DNA of 64,000 bases from Dimorphilus gyrociliatus (lineage: Eukaryota; Animalia; Annelida). The notes beneath the pieces were generated by a model. It ran no database searches, was not told the origin of the DNA, and was given only the letters and a program-made list of their open reading frames with translations. Below are positions 23,136 to 36,670 of this stretch, in pieces; position 1 is the stretch's first letter, and each line of letters opens with the position of its first letter. The translations under genes were made by a program, and so were the position numbers. Where the stretch lies: the NCBI GenBank assembly GCA_904063045.1, contig CAJFCJ010000003.1, positions 620,001 to 684,000 of the forward strand, given 5' to 3'.

Positions 23136-26100
23136 GATATATATATATATATAAGGTATATCTTATACTCTATATTATGTCATTTAAATAGTAATGAATA
23201 CCTTATATGATTGTCCAACAGAGCCCTGCAAGTAAACATCTTTGTACATCGGTCACATTGAAAAGATCTTTTCTTTCGGTTCATATCCTTATCTGGCGTT
23301 CTAATTGGAGACATGGTAATTTGTTGGGACATCATGGCTTCTTCCTTGGGCGATTTAAGTTCGGTGTATGTCTTGTCTGGTTGAGCGTTCCAATGCGTCG
23401 GTGGTCCACCAGGATATTGTATTTGATGCATATTTTGGTTGTGTTGCATCATCATGGTTGTATGTTGTATAACAGGTTGGTATCCCATAGGACCGGAAGA
23501 TTGGAGTTGTGTCATTTCTACTGAATGACCTAAATCTTGTGGAACGCCCATAATAGGAACAGGAATATTTGAGGGAGGGTGAAACGGAATGGATTCAAGG
23601 GTTTGTAAGTCGGGTTTTTTATCTTCTTCCACCATTTCTCCTGCAAGATTAGTTGTATCATTGTTATTTTCTTCCGGTAAAATCCCACTAGCTCGAGCAA
23701 TAGAGCAAATGTCCAATCGAGATTTAACATGCTGATCGAATTTTATTAAAAAAACCTCACTACCAGCCAGTGTAATTCCTATTAAACCATCAACCTAAAC
23801 ATAAAACAAAAAATATATGAATATAGATAAAAAAAAAGCATAATAAAAAGAACTATAAAGACAATTATTATCTGAATATTCAACAAATCAATATTCAAAA
23901 CATAAGAATAAGGAGCAGGCTTTTTTTTTATATTATTTTTTGTTTTTATTTTTAATAATTCTTTTTTTATTAATAAATCTACATAATTAAAAAAGACAGT
24001 TATACGACAACTTTTCTTTAATTATACCTTTTTAATTAAACGTGTTATATACAATTTTGTTCATTTTTTGTGTTGTAGAATATATATATATATATAGATA
24101 TTCAGTATCTATATTAAAATTTTCTTTATTATTATTTTACACAGAGACTGTTCATATTAAGATTAAAAAAAAGTATAATAGTATTGAAGAAAAACGATCT
24201 CTAGTCGAGTGTTTTATAATTGTTAGCTTTTTAAGTGTGTAAATAATAATATCGATTATTCGGTTAATGAAACCATTCATGCGTTAATTTCATTACCAAA
24301 TAATACTTTTTTTATTTTAATATAAGAAGGAATACATACAGTATATACAGAAAATATATACACCATACACCAAGGTTGTAAAAAATGTATATCATTCAGT
24401 ATACACGGTATAATAAAAAAAAATAAAGATTATATTTATAGAAAATGAGGACAAACTGAACAAACAACATCAAAATTAAATACCTGTTTATACTAAATAT
24501 ATTATCGATGTTGCTTGTTTTAATACTGTTTTTTGTCTTAGTTAAAGATATTAACTTTGTTTTTCTTGATTAAAAGTAAATTTGTTTTACAAGACACTGT
24601 ACTTTTTTTTTTGTTATTGAAGTATGACGTTTGCTGAAAATTAATATAGAAAAAGAAAGTAAATTTTCCAACTATACAGATTTATTTAACGGTTTTATTT
24701 ATATATCATACATGTTTGTTTAGATAAAGAGAAAATGAGACAGAAAACTTCACCGACGCCATTTTCTTTTTGTTTTATTTTGGTTTTTTCTCTTTTTTCA
24801 ATAGTATCAAAATTATTGGGATTAATTTGAATATGAGAAAAAGATTTAATTAGGATGTGGACAATTTTCTAGGACTAGTAACAAATAAATAAGAATGGAC
24901 GTATAGGAGTGTCTCTCTTTCTCTTTTTTTCTTCTCTCGATACGTTCTATTAAGTTTTCATTACAAAGGAATTTTAGCTTAATATCACCATTCAAATATG
25001 GCTTCCTTGTTTAGTAATACTGTCACTACCATTATACTACCTTTAACATAACAATTCCTTTTTAATACTTTTTTTTGTAATTATTGTGACGTTTAAAAAA
25101 AGTTGTTTCTTTGTAAATAAAAAATGATTGGCACAAATAAAGAGAACTATTAAAACTAACCTGAAAATCTATATCTTTTAATGAGCTTTTACACAACATC
25201 ATCACTGTATCAAAAATTAGTCGTTTTATTCGAGCTCTTTCTACTTTATGCATCTGTGGACCAGAAACAAAATCTTCTATAGCCGATTTGCATTCGTCAT
25301 TTTTCATTGTTATTGGTCCATTTTCATCCCCGAATTCTGGAATACTCGTAGCTGGTGAATCGTCATTATGATCAATTCCAGTTGAATTGACAACCTGTAA
25401 AAAGACAATTATCACTTATCAAAAAGTCATGAAAGATAATAAATACATATAAAAATACATTAACATCCCGGCAGGTAAGAAGTTAAGTGTTTGTTAAAAT
25501 GTAACAAAGATCGTTTTACGCCTATATAGTTTTTGTCTCCAGGCCTTAAGTGTTTTATTTATTACTTTTTTTTTTAAATCAGGGACGTAAAAAACGATAC
25601 AAAAAATAAGGATATCCCTTTTTGCCTATATAAAGGGTTCATAAATAGGGTAGGGGCAAGGAGGAAGGGAGAGGGGAGGGGGTCAAAGGAAGCAAAGAGA
25701 ATAAAAAGAATCGTTCCATGGTAAGAACATGGGATAATAACAATAAAAGATAATATCAAAAAAGGCAGAAAAAAAGCATTAGATATTTGTAACCCCTATT
25801 ATTTAAAGACCTCTATAAATTTTATATATGGTGGTTCCTGTGTAAATTTCTTTCTAATTGATCGTTAACTCCTTCTAAATGCAATAATCGTAATATTGTA
25901 AATGTAATAATAGCTCAATATATATATTAATCTTTATGATGAATACAAAAAACTGGCTATGTTAGTAGTTGAAAAAAGTTTTGCGAACAATATTTCTGGC
26001 ATCGCATAATAAAACGAGAAAAAAGGGACTTTAACAAAGCTATTAAAGCTTGAACACAGATATTCTCCCTTGAGACAATATACTAGTTAAAAATATGAGA

Positions 26101-26491
26101 TCCTTTATAATTTATATGAATGCTTCATTCAAAGTTTAAGACAGCGGGAGTACTAGAGAAGATTATTTTGTTTTGTTTTGTCAAGAGAGCTTGATTATTG
26201 GTCAGTGTAGCGATTGTTGAGTAACGTTTAAAGTATTCAAGGCCGATTTATTCATGTAATTAGAATAAAATTTAAAAATAGAGATAAGAAAAGTAGTAAT
26301 GCATGCGTAAATTAGAGTAAAATACTTACAGCTTCATTGATTTTGATTAAAATCACTTCCTTATTGGCACTTAGAGTAACACCAATTAAACCGTCTACTG
26401 TATACTTATTTTCACTGGCCAAACTAAGTCTACAAACGTCCATAACAGTGTCTTTAACATGTTCGACGATCCGTTCTGAATTTTCGATCAT
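22901..26491 (-). CDS. C2H2 zinc-finger protein (3 C-terminal fingers) with two copies of an N-terminal VDGLIG(V/I)TL module, 394 aa
   Basis: Exons 26491-26330, 25394-25161, 23794-23202 and 23096-22901 total 1185 nt. Fingers are CDRC..HIRTH, CDIC..HKWTH and CSHC..HMKRYH, with a TGEKPF linker. The start codon is less certain because an acceptor at 26498 implies an upstream exon. Confidence 0.82.
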
Positions 26492-28017
26492 GTTCACCTG
26501 TTGACAAAAAGGTTAGTGTACGCACCGCCATTTTTTCTATGATTTCCGCTTGTCAAGTAACTTGAACACTTCAAATTGACTAAATATCATCTTAATGAGT
26601 GTTTCACGTATTTTATAACTGTTAAAACGACCGTATCAACAGTCTAGGCCAATTTAGGTCAGTTGACGCAGGCCAAAAGGGCATGAAGCGAAACAACCAG
26701 TTTATCGTTCAGTAAAACAGATGATTAAAGTTTGTTAGCTCCGTAACAAACGCAGGTTTAGTCCCAAATTAGTTTGAGATAATAAGATTTAAGAAAATGT
26801 GTCACTTACAAGTTTGTGCAAAATGTTGGGGATGGAAGATTTTAGATGACTTTTTCATAAAATGTTTCCTTGATTGGCCTTCGCTAGGGTTGACGGGATT
26901 GAATTGTTGAACAACAAACCGAAAGCTACGATTTGACCCTTGAACGCCTATTAAGTAATATTTTCCAGAATAGTAGTGTGCAGAGTTCGCTTTTCGAATT
27001 TTCCGCAGTTGATTTTTCTCGGGAAAATGACAGTTTGCTAAAAGAAAACTTTAAAAGCTAAAACCAGAGATTGTAGATACAACGAAGGCCGCCACCTATC
27101 AGTTGATTCAGAATGCCTTGTCCCAGGCTGAAAAAGTTTTTCGTCGTTAGGGGGCGCCACATTTAATCATAAAATTATAATATATTTCTATTGTCGAATT
27201 CTATAAGCCTCGTTTTGGTTGCGCGCTTTATCAAATACCGTGAGATAATTGGTTGGAATGCGTGTAAACTAAAACCAACAAACCAAATCTTTCTAAATCC
27301 AGGCCCTCTGGTCGTTTCAACCTCCTGACCTCAATTTATTAAAGTTTTTTTTATCTGGTTATGAAATCTAAACCCAAGAAAAATCGCCCCTAATGCCTTT
27401 ATTTGTCTTAATCTATATGTGAAATATTCGAGATATGATGCATGTATTTATTTCACAATAAGCTTTAATGTAGAAGTAAACATCTTGTATTTATGTTTGA
27501 TATTCTTATATCAAGAAAATGATAATAACAACATGATTAACAAAGGAATTCTTGTTAACTTTATATATAAATATTATATATACTGTATAACATATACAAA
27601 TACAGGTTAACTCTTTGTTGTATATATTTATCAATTTAATACAAACTCACCCAAAATTTCCATCATAAAACTATTAAATTTCACTTTAATTAAATAAAAA
27701 CAAAGCAAAACAAAGCTCAACAACTAACAAACAATAGCTTATTTAATATCAATTACACCGATAGATGGCATTTTGGCTTATGATTATTGTAATTATTTCT
27801 TAATTACGAACTATTTTCATCATTTTTCATCATTTACTTATATAAATAACAAAGATGTGGATAATTGAAGGAAATATTTAAATATATACATATTTATATA
27901 GTATATGTATATATGCTATATATAGAACAGAGAAATTTTTGAAAATGAAGTTTATTCAAGTAATTTTATCTTTTAAAACTCAGTAGGAACTATTTTAATG
28001 AATTTGTCAAGCAATTA

Positions 28018-28035
28018 AGTATAAATAGATTCTTC

Positions 28036-28066
<31 letters not shown>

Positions 28067-28071
28067 GTATA

Positions 28072-28100
<29 letters not shown>
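28018..28100. repeat. (TA)n microsatellite; many shorter TA tracts occur throughout the window
   Basis: Direct reading of the dinucleotide runs. Confidence 0.9.
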
Positions 28101-28103
<3 letters not shown>

Positions 28104-28191
28104 CAACACATGTCATGTTGCAATGTGATAATTACGATCTGAATCTAATTAGTTAATTTAATATTATAGAGTAGAGAAATCCCTTTATTCC

Positions 28192-29050
28192 TCAAGTTGT
28201 GTCCAATGAATTATATTGGCTATAGTCTAACCTTTGCGATTGACCAATTACTCCGTTACATTGTAAGTAATGCTTCTGAAGGGAATCGATCATAAGAAAT
28301 CTTTTAGAACACATTTGACATTCGAATGAATAATCTGATAATGAATCATCTCCCAACATATCTCTACTAATACCGTCTTCTTCAGTTTCTATAGAAGACG
28401 ATTGATTTAATAAACTAGATCTAGACGTAGCTGTTATATTCACTTCTGATAGTAAATTGTATAATTGCGATTTAACTTGTTGACGAGTTTTAATTGGTGT
28501 AACAAGCTCTGTTGTAGCTTTATTTATTTGACATATTCTTTGAAGTTTTTTTGTAAATTCAATAATCTTTACTTTATAGCGTAAATTTTCATTTTCAATA
28601 GTTCTTATAAAATCATCCTTTTCTTCAAGCTTCTTTTCATACCTTTCTGCTATATTTGAAAAGCATTCAAATATCTTTGAAGTATAACCGTTTTTTTTAA
28701 ATGAATGACTTTTTGCGATCTCATTATGACCTTTGATATGACTTAATCCGTCCTCATTCCCAGCCAGTTGATACAGTTCAATGGTCAAAGCTGAGAGCTG
28801 TGAATTGAACGATTTCAATTCCTTCTTTAAATCATTATTTTCGTCTGCTAAAGATTTTAATTCGTTATCTTTCTTTTCGAGAATATTGATTAATTTTATA
28901 ATTGATTGGTTATTTGTCCCCATTTCCTCATCTAATTTTGAGTTAATATTGGAAAATTCGTTCGGATCATTAAAATCACTGAAAAATAAGGAATTATCTT
29001 TAAAAAATTAGTTCTTTAGCACTCCAATACTCGGACGAAAATATAGACAT
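28192..29050 (-). CDS. Coiled-coil protein with one C-terminal CCHC (UBZ/NEMO-like) zinc finger, 268 aa
   Basis: Exon 29050-29031, a 52-nt GT-AG intron and exon 28978-28192 total 807 nt. The protein has heptad-like K/E/L-rich stretches and C-x2-C-x12-H-x3-C (CQMC...HYLQC). Confidence 0.7.
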
Positions 29051-30068
29051 TTAACTTATTCATTGAGTAATAACGTATCGAATGATTTGTTTTATAAAAT
29101 AAATGCAATATTACCTTGTACCTTCTATATTCGACATATTTTTAAAATTGTATCTTCCTTTTAAAATAAGGCAAAGAGAAAAAGCTTAATTATGATCAAT
29201 AAATTTTAAATGGTGAGAATATTACAAAAGTAAAACTTGGAAAACACACAAATTATGGCCTATATACATTCTTTTTTCGTACCATTTATAGAGTAAGAGT
29301 CAAAAGAAAATACTCTTCCAATACTCTTTTTATGATAAGAAAAAAGCTTATTGTTTTAATAATATTGTCATTCTTATATTTTTTATAATAGGCTATTTAT
29401 ACCACATAAAACATTTATTCTACATTTAATCAATTGCGATATCCTATTTTCTTTTTCATATTTTCGTTTTTGAATGGTTTTTTTTTCATAATTTCTAGTT
29501 TTACATTAATGAATTTCTTTTAAAATAGTTCTACTTTCATTATTAATAAAAAACTTGTATCCTACAATAGTCATTATTCGAGTTTTTTATGAGAAAATCA
29601 TGGAATATCTTTGCTTTTGACTAAAGTCTTTGGCTATATTCCGTAGCAGATGATAAAATGGCGTATTGAATTATAGGAGAGAGCTGATTGGCTGGATTTC
29701 GTTAGTTTTAAGATGTATATAGGCAACCACATACCTACATCGTCTGCTACGGTTGAAAGATACAATTTCGACAGATTAAACTTTAATCGCTTTGAAGTAG
29801 AATATATTAGAAAAGAAGCCAATAAAGGTTGGATATAAGTAATTAACATCGTTATTTAATACAATATACAAAAGTATCGTTTTATAATTAATAATGTCAT
29901 TTTTCGACATGAAAGGATAAATTAGTTCGTCTAAGCACTGTATTTTAAGAAATTTCTCATATAGATAGTACGCAAATCAAGTCAAGATAAATCGTTAGAA
30001 GAGCTAAAGACTTTTCTCTCAAATAGTGATAATTAATTAAGAACAAACGATGCGCACCTGATTTATTT

Positions 30069-30082
30069 GTTTCCATGGAAAC
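30069..30082. promoter_or_regulatory. Perfect palindromic RFX X-box
   Basis: GTTTCCATGGAAAC matches the X-box consensus GTTNCCATGGNAAC and lies 217 bp upstream of the ATG at 30299. Confidence 0.75.
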
Positions 30083-30298
30083 TAGTTGAATCGATTATCA
30101 AAAGAAAAAAAAAGTTTCATGTGGTTGTCATTTGGCTTTTTAGATTTCTCAAGCTTTCATCCTCGTTTGAGAGCAAAGATTTTTCATTGGAAAGAGTACC
30201 TAAAGTAACTTCAATCAGTAGTCGTTTATTCGATCTGCAGCAACATTTTCCTTTATCATTGTTTTACATAATTTCGCTACTCTGCTCAATAGCTAAAT

Positions 30299-32192
30299 AT
30301 GCCGGGAGCTCCTGGCCAACCCCCAACTCCAACTCTTCATCCAAGAACCAGACCAGAAGCGAACGAATGGGCTCTTAAAATGAGGAAAACAAATGACTGG
30401 TTTAGACACGATGGAGGAAATGTAGAAGAAAGAAAAAGATTACCTAGAAAATTACAAAGCGAAAAAGCTCACGAAATTGCGGATAAAGCCAGAGGTACGT
30501 GTCAAATAATGTAATAGAAAGTTCAATAGAGTGTCATGAAAGGAATAAATAGCTGCGTTTCTTAAATCTATATAATTATATATCCTCTGAGAGATGTTAA
30601 TTACCAAAACGACGCTTTACTTTGGTTTTATTTTACAATAAATGATAAAGGAGAAGAGAAATACCTGAGTTTTAAGACATGTATATGCTATTTTATAAAA
30701 AAATTGTAAATAAAAAGATGCTCATGACATATGAACAAAAGAATCGTGAAGATAGAGAGAAGAGGATGAAATTTTTATAAATAGCTGATGCAACATTTTT
30801 CAGAAACGAAATCTCTTTGAAGGAAATTTCCTTTTTTTTGCCTTTTTTGCCTTTTTAATCATACATTTCCTTTGACGTTTCTCTTAACAGGTATGGCTGA
30901 TGAATGGTTTACTCACAATGCAAATGGCTCAGCGGTAAAACCAAGAAAATCTCGATGTCCCAGTGCCGAATCTTTAAGAAATTCGAAAATGAACGGTGAA
31001 TCGTCCAAGTGGTTTAAATTTGATGAAAACAAAAATTATCATACACCTAGGGCAAAACATCGTTTAACCGAATCGTCAGCGTTTGAAATTAAAGAAAAAG
31101 CTAAAGGTCAGAGTGATCAATGGTACAAACACGAACATAAGAATCCTGAAGAAGTTTTTACTAAGCATCGAAGTCCTTCGAAGGCTTGTAAAGATAACTT
31201 GGATAAGATGAGGGCTAGTTCAGATTGGTATGTACACGGAGATAAAGTTAATCAAGTCGTTCATTACGAAAAACATAGACTTACTGATGTAAACGGTAAG
31301 TTTAAGGCCTATATTTTGTCGCATTTCCTGACTCGATACAAATTTCTTTTATTTATCAGCTGAAGATTATCTTCAAAGAAACAAGCATGGATCTGTGTCC
31401 CAATGGTTTACTCATGATCACGACGATGACATCGATGAACAACCATACAACTCATCTTTCAGTAAAGGAAACATAGTAATAAAGAGATATCTACATGATC
31501 TTTATCATTACTAATGAAACATATCATTTCAGGATTCGGAAGATTGGTTTAATCACGAAAACGCACCTAAATCTATACCGAAGTCTAAAAGACAAGTCTC
31601 GGAAATGGATAGCGTTCTAAAACAAGATGGTAAAAGTGATCCTTTTTACAAAGAGTATGTCTCTAGAGTAAAACCGGAAGCTAGAGAATGGGCAGAGAGA
31701 AACGTCAAAGGCTTAATGGAGAAATTGATTGTGCATGACCCGGAAGCCAATCCAGCACCTCCAGCAGCAGCTAGAGTTGTAAAGCCAGAAGCTAAAAAAA
31801 CATATGAGATGAGCAAAGGTGTTATGAGTAGTTTGTTGGAAGGACACCCGTCTCAGGCCATTAAAAAGAATAACGTAGGAAGAAGTGTCAAACCAGAAGC
31901 TGCAGATACGGCGGAGAAACACGCCGGTGGAGGCATGAGAAAGGTATTTGCTAATAGACCTGCAACACCCGGTAGAAATGGTGGAGCAGCAAGAGCAATT
32001 CCACCAGAAGCTCGTGATTGGGCCGAGAGAAACAAAGGGACTGTAGGGCAGGTTCTTAATCAAAGCACCGACTTCACACTAGCAGGAAAGCCAGCTCCAA
32101 AGTTAGCTTCTAATAGTGGAAGACAAATTGCTATGAAACATAGAGGAACAGCTGGTCCTCTAATATTTAGTCAACCCGTATCAGTACAATGA
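30299..32192 (+). CDS. Uncharacterised tandem-repeat protein (WFxH and PEAxxxAxxxxG repeats), 458 aa
   Basis: Exons 30299-30494, 30891-31295, 31360-31475 and 31533-32192 total 1377 nt. About 11-12 repeats of roughly 25-35 aa are visible by eye. An extra 5' exon is possible. Confidence 0.8.
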
Positions 32193-32549
32193 ATTTTTGT
32201 CAATAATCATGCTGATTTTAGAATCAATTATACACTCTATATGCATAATTCTTGAATTAATAAATTTCAGCATTACTTTACTATGTGCATTAACAACAAA
32301 AAAATAAAAAGAAAACTGTTAGAGGTAATTGAAAGAAGCATTTCCGGTTTAAAATCTTTTTAAATATTGAATGTAGTAAAACAAATGACGAAGTTGTGTT
32401 GTATAAAGTAAAAAATAAAGTTTTGTTTTATTAAAAAAAAAAAGTGAAGAAATTGTCCGTTTATAGAATTGTTTCTTAGTTTTGCTAGGTGAGTAAAAAG
32501 CTTCATTATAAGTCATACGTTTAAAATTGATATAAAATATTCATGGTAT

Positions 32550-34153
32550 TCAAGGTAAGACTTGAGCGTGTAAAAATAAGACACCGGTTGGATTAACTTC
32601 ACCATTTAGGGTATACCAAGGTTTGTATATACCATAACCGAAGCTTTTTCCTTCAAATACTTCAGTGAAGTTCCACCTTGCTCTCCAAACAAAGCCCAAG
32701 TCTGAGAGTTTATAAGATATTCTTTTTGGACCACCGGCAATATTTTCATACGTTATGGCCAGAGCGTAACTTCCGACTGGAGATATCTCTTTTCTCCAAA
32801 CCCTTACTTGACCATCAACCCTTATCTGATAGCCCATTTTACCAAGAGGATCTTGGTTTATTGATATAGCTAATTTGTTCAACAATATATCACGGGATGC
32901 TTTATTCATTTGCCTTACATCGGCTGAAATGTAGAGAGGAGCTGATACAATGCACCAGAGTGCCATCTGTAGTTTTTCCTGATTGAAGCTTAGACCAAAA
33001 TTTCCAATTACTAGCTATTTATGGAAAATAGAAATGACTACGTTATAATAAGATTAAAAGCTTAATCGACAAATTAAATTAACCTGGTCTGGATCATTCC
33101 ATTTCCCAGGTCCAGTAATATTTGATAAAGTCCTGCTATGGTCACCTAAAAACTTCATTGTTTGGTGAATAGAAGTCCACTCATCTTCAATATCGTTATA
33201 AGTTCTAAAAGCGTTGCACGTTTCGGCCACAAGTCTCATATCAACCTAAAAAGCAAATTGTGATTATATTCTCACTGTCCTGGGAGATTTTAATAACAAA
33301 CTTGTGAAACATATGATGGCCATTCGCAAAAGTATAAAATATGTCTTCCTGTTGCATTAAGAGCCTTCTTCATATCGATATAGACTAATAGAAACAATTG
33401 CAGATAAAAATATGAGTATGGCAGTTAACGAAATGGATATATTAAGTAATATATACATTACCATGATTGTAAGCGCTCTTTGAAGGCATAAAACATCCAT
33501 CAAACTTTAACATATCAACCTTTAAGAGTAAATCGCTATAATTATCAATATTGCTAGTGTTTTAAATGTGAAATATATTACTTTCCAATTAGCAAATGTT
33601 TTAGCATCTTGATCAATATGCCCCCAACTTCCTGGGTATCTTTGACAAGTCATATTACCAGGGTCTTGATATATTCCAAATTTTAGATCTTTATTATGTA
33701 AATAATCAGCTAAAGCGGGAATACCGCTAGGAAATCTAGTTCTATTTGCTACCAATTGTCCGGAATGGTCTCGTTTCATTTCAAGCCAGCAGTCATCGAT
33801 GCTTACATATTTGTAGCCAGCCTCCTTAAAACCGTACTTAACTAGAGCATCAGCGGTACTCTTAATTAGATTTTCACTGTTAAATAATAGATATATAACT
33901 ACATTTCTTGAAAAATTATAAAGTTCCACTTTTAGAAGAATAAATAATAGAATTAAAGGAAAAAGACAAATAAAAAATGTTATAATAATAACCTTATACA
34001 ATCGTTTGGATAATTTACGCAATCTATATTGCACATGAATCTTTCCCAAGACATCCAACCCATTGGTGGAAGTTTAGCTAAGCCGTTATCTAATCCATCA
34101 ATTTTCCACAACAAAAAACACAAAGCAAAGATAATCTTTACGAGTCCTTTCAT
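32550..34153 (-). CDS. GH27 alpha-galactosidase / alpha-N-acetylgalactosaminidase, 407 aa
   Basis: Exons 34153-33993, 33876-33582, 33519-33462, 33384-33302, 33245-33084 and 33014-32550 total 1224 nt. After a signal peptide come [36 protein letters not shown] (nucleophile) and GKWNDPDQL. Confidence 0.93.
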
Positions 34154-34790
34154 TTCCTTTATTATCGCTCAACTAAACAGTAAATTTTCATTAATATTGA
34201 ATTGCCTATGCAATACTAATCGTCTATTTTTTTCCTTATTTCAATATTATTTTGTAAATAAAAAATATTTACAAATTAGTTAAAATTACAGCCAGATTTT
34301 GGATAAAAGAAATTTTCTTGGTAAATATTATCCCTTTAATATAACAACTAGTACTTCCCACTTTAGTTAAAATGTCTAAAAAGTTAAAGTGATTAAAATA
34401 AATATATCTTTACAAATTAGTTTATAAGCGTAATTGAATAATTTTTCTTTTCTCTATGAATAGAAAACTTTCAAAGCGAAACTTAACTAAATAATTAAAC
34501 AAAAATTACAAAAAATACGGTAAGTACAGGAAATATTTAATTTTAATTGAATTATTAATAAAGATATATCTTTTAGATTGCCAGTAGTAGTTTATCTAAA
34601 AAAGTTGAGATGGATTTTTGGTTAAAAACAACCGGGAGTAAACAAATTTAAATATTCTTTTTAGAACAAACACTAGTTTGCGCAATGATTAGTACAAATT
34701 GTTTATAAATAAAGCAACAGATGTCACTTGTAAACAATATCCCATAATGCATCCTACACTTGCGTGGCACAAACCGGAACCAAAACTATC

Positions 34791-36490
34791 ATGCGTAACT
34801 TACCGATATTAGTTGTTTTGTATTTTATAGTGGCTATTTCAATTGTTTGTTGTGGGTAAGAACATTTAGCGTGATATTTAAAATGAACTTTTCATTTGTG
34901 TTTAAAGAATCTTTAAATTAATTAATTTTTCAAAGTTATTAGGAGAGATTTCCTAATTTCATCAAGTTTATTTATTTCATTTTTCCTAGCCGCGACTTCT
35001 ACAAAATCTTAGGAGTTAATCGAGATGCGACAACTCACCAAATAAAACGGGCATACAGAAAATTAGCTAAAGAATGGCATCCTGACAAAAATAAGGATGA
35101 TCCAACAGCTGAGGAAAAATTCAAAAACTTAGGAGCAGCTTATGAGGTATAGTACATTCATAAATAATTAGAGGAAGTTAAATTAATATATATATACTTT
35201 CTTAACTTAGGTTTTAGCTGATACAGAGAAGAGAAAAGTTTACGATAGACATGGTGAAGAAGGATTAAGTAAACAAGGTCACGACGATGGTTTTGATCCA
35301 TTTTCAAAGTAAAATCAAAAATAACTTGTTAAATATTGATAAAGTGATAAATTTAATTATTTATAGTTTTTTCGGCGAGAACTTTGGTTTCAATTTTGGT
35401 GGAGGAAGAGAGAGAGATAATGAAACTCCAAGAGGCGGAGATCTCGTAGTAGATTTAGAAGTATCCTTGGAAGAGTTGTTTAGTGGTAATTTCGTGGAGG
35501 TAAGAAATATATCTTTACGTCGCAAATAGTTTTCAAATTGTTATTTAAAATGTCTATTTGTCTAATTTCTTCCTCGTAATATAGATAGTAAGGTATAAAC
35601 CTGTAGCCAAACCTACCTCAGGAACAAGACAATGTAATTGTAGACAAGAGATGCAAACTATACCTTTAGGCCCAGGCCGATTTCAAATGGTGCAAAAGCA
35701 AGTTTGTGACGATTGCCCAAATTATAAGTAAGTTCAAGTAGTAAAAAACACAAGGGCATAGTTTTAATATATTTTTAATAATAAAAAAAGAATGGTTGCT
35801 GAAGAAAAACTGTTAGAAGTTGAAATTGAACCGGGCATGGTTGACGGTCATTTGTATCCATTTGTTGCTGAAGGTGAACCACACATTGATGGTGAACCAG
35901 GAGATTTGAAATTTAAAATTGTGCAAATGAAGTATGATTTCATTTTGTTTCGCTATATACGAAGTCATTACAATGTTATATATTTCTTGTAGACATCCCA
36001 AATTTGAAAGAAGAGGAGACGACCTGTATACAAATATTACTATTTCTCTACAAGACGCGTTAATAGGATTTGAAACTGAGATAACTCATTTAGACGGTCA
36101 TAAAGTTAAACTTGTTAGAGATAAAATTACTTGGCCAGGAGCTCGTATGAGAAAGAAGGACGAAGGAATGCCTAACTACGACAATAATAATGTTAAGGGC
36201 ACCTTATTCATTACATTCGATGTAGAATTTCCAAAGAAGGGTTTAACCACCGAAGAAAGACAAAGTAAGCTGCAAAAAAATTCACCTAAATTCATATTTT
36301 CACTCTTTTGAGGTCTCAAAGATAAATCAATAAATAAGTAATAAATAAAGTCCTCAGCCTCATTGAGTGATTATATCTTTCAGTTGGATTGTTAACATAT
36401 TTAATCCTTGTATTTTTTTTTTCAGGTATAAAAACAATACTGCAACAATCTTCAAAACAGACTATTTACAATGGTTTGCAAGGATATTAG
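34791..36490 (+). CDS. DNAJB11: ER co-chaperone DnaJ subfamily B member 11 (ERdj3), 357 aa
   Basis: Exons 34791-34855, 34990-35146, 35211-35308, 35367-35499, 35585-35727, 35791-35931, 35993-36264 and 36426-36490 total 1074 nt. The protein has a signal peptide, a J-domain with HPD, CNC...CDDCPN cysteines and the characteristic YNGLQGY* end. Confidence 0.95.
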
Positions 36491-36670
36491 TTAATGTTGT
36501 TTAATAAGTTATTTTTCCTCTATAATTTGAGGGATGGTTGTTCTCCAGCCATGTGTCATTGAAACCGCCAACATTATTTTTTTTTCATCGTAATAATGTT
36601 TTGTTTTTCAAATTTTCCTCTAGGCCCAAAATGGTTAGAGTTTAGGCAATTATTAATTATTAAATTCTCT

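Noticed and set aside
26795-26860. Upstream ATG exon of the zinc-finger gene (MKKSSKIF...|gtaagt)
   Set aside because: Its phase-1 end is out of frame with the exon at 26497 and hits a stop. At most it is a 5' UTR exon with a uORF.
34154-34790. Expected ER-stress element in the GH27/DNAJB11 shared promoter
   Set aside because: A CGTGG is present near 34763, but I find no correctly spaced CCAAT-N9-CCACG or TGACGTGG.
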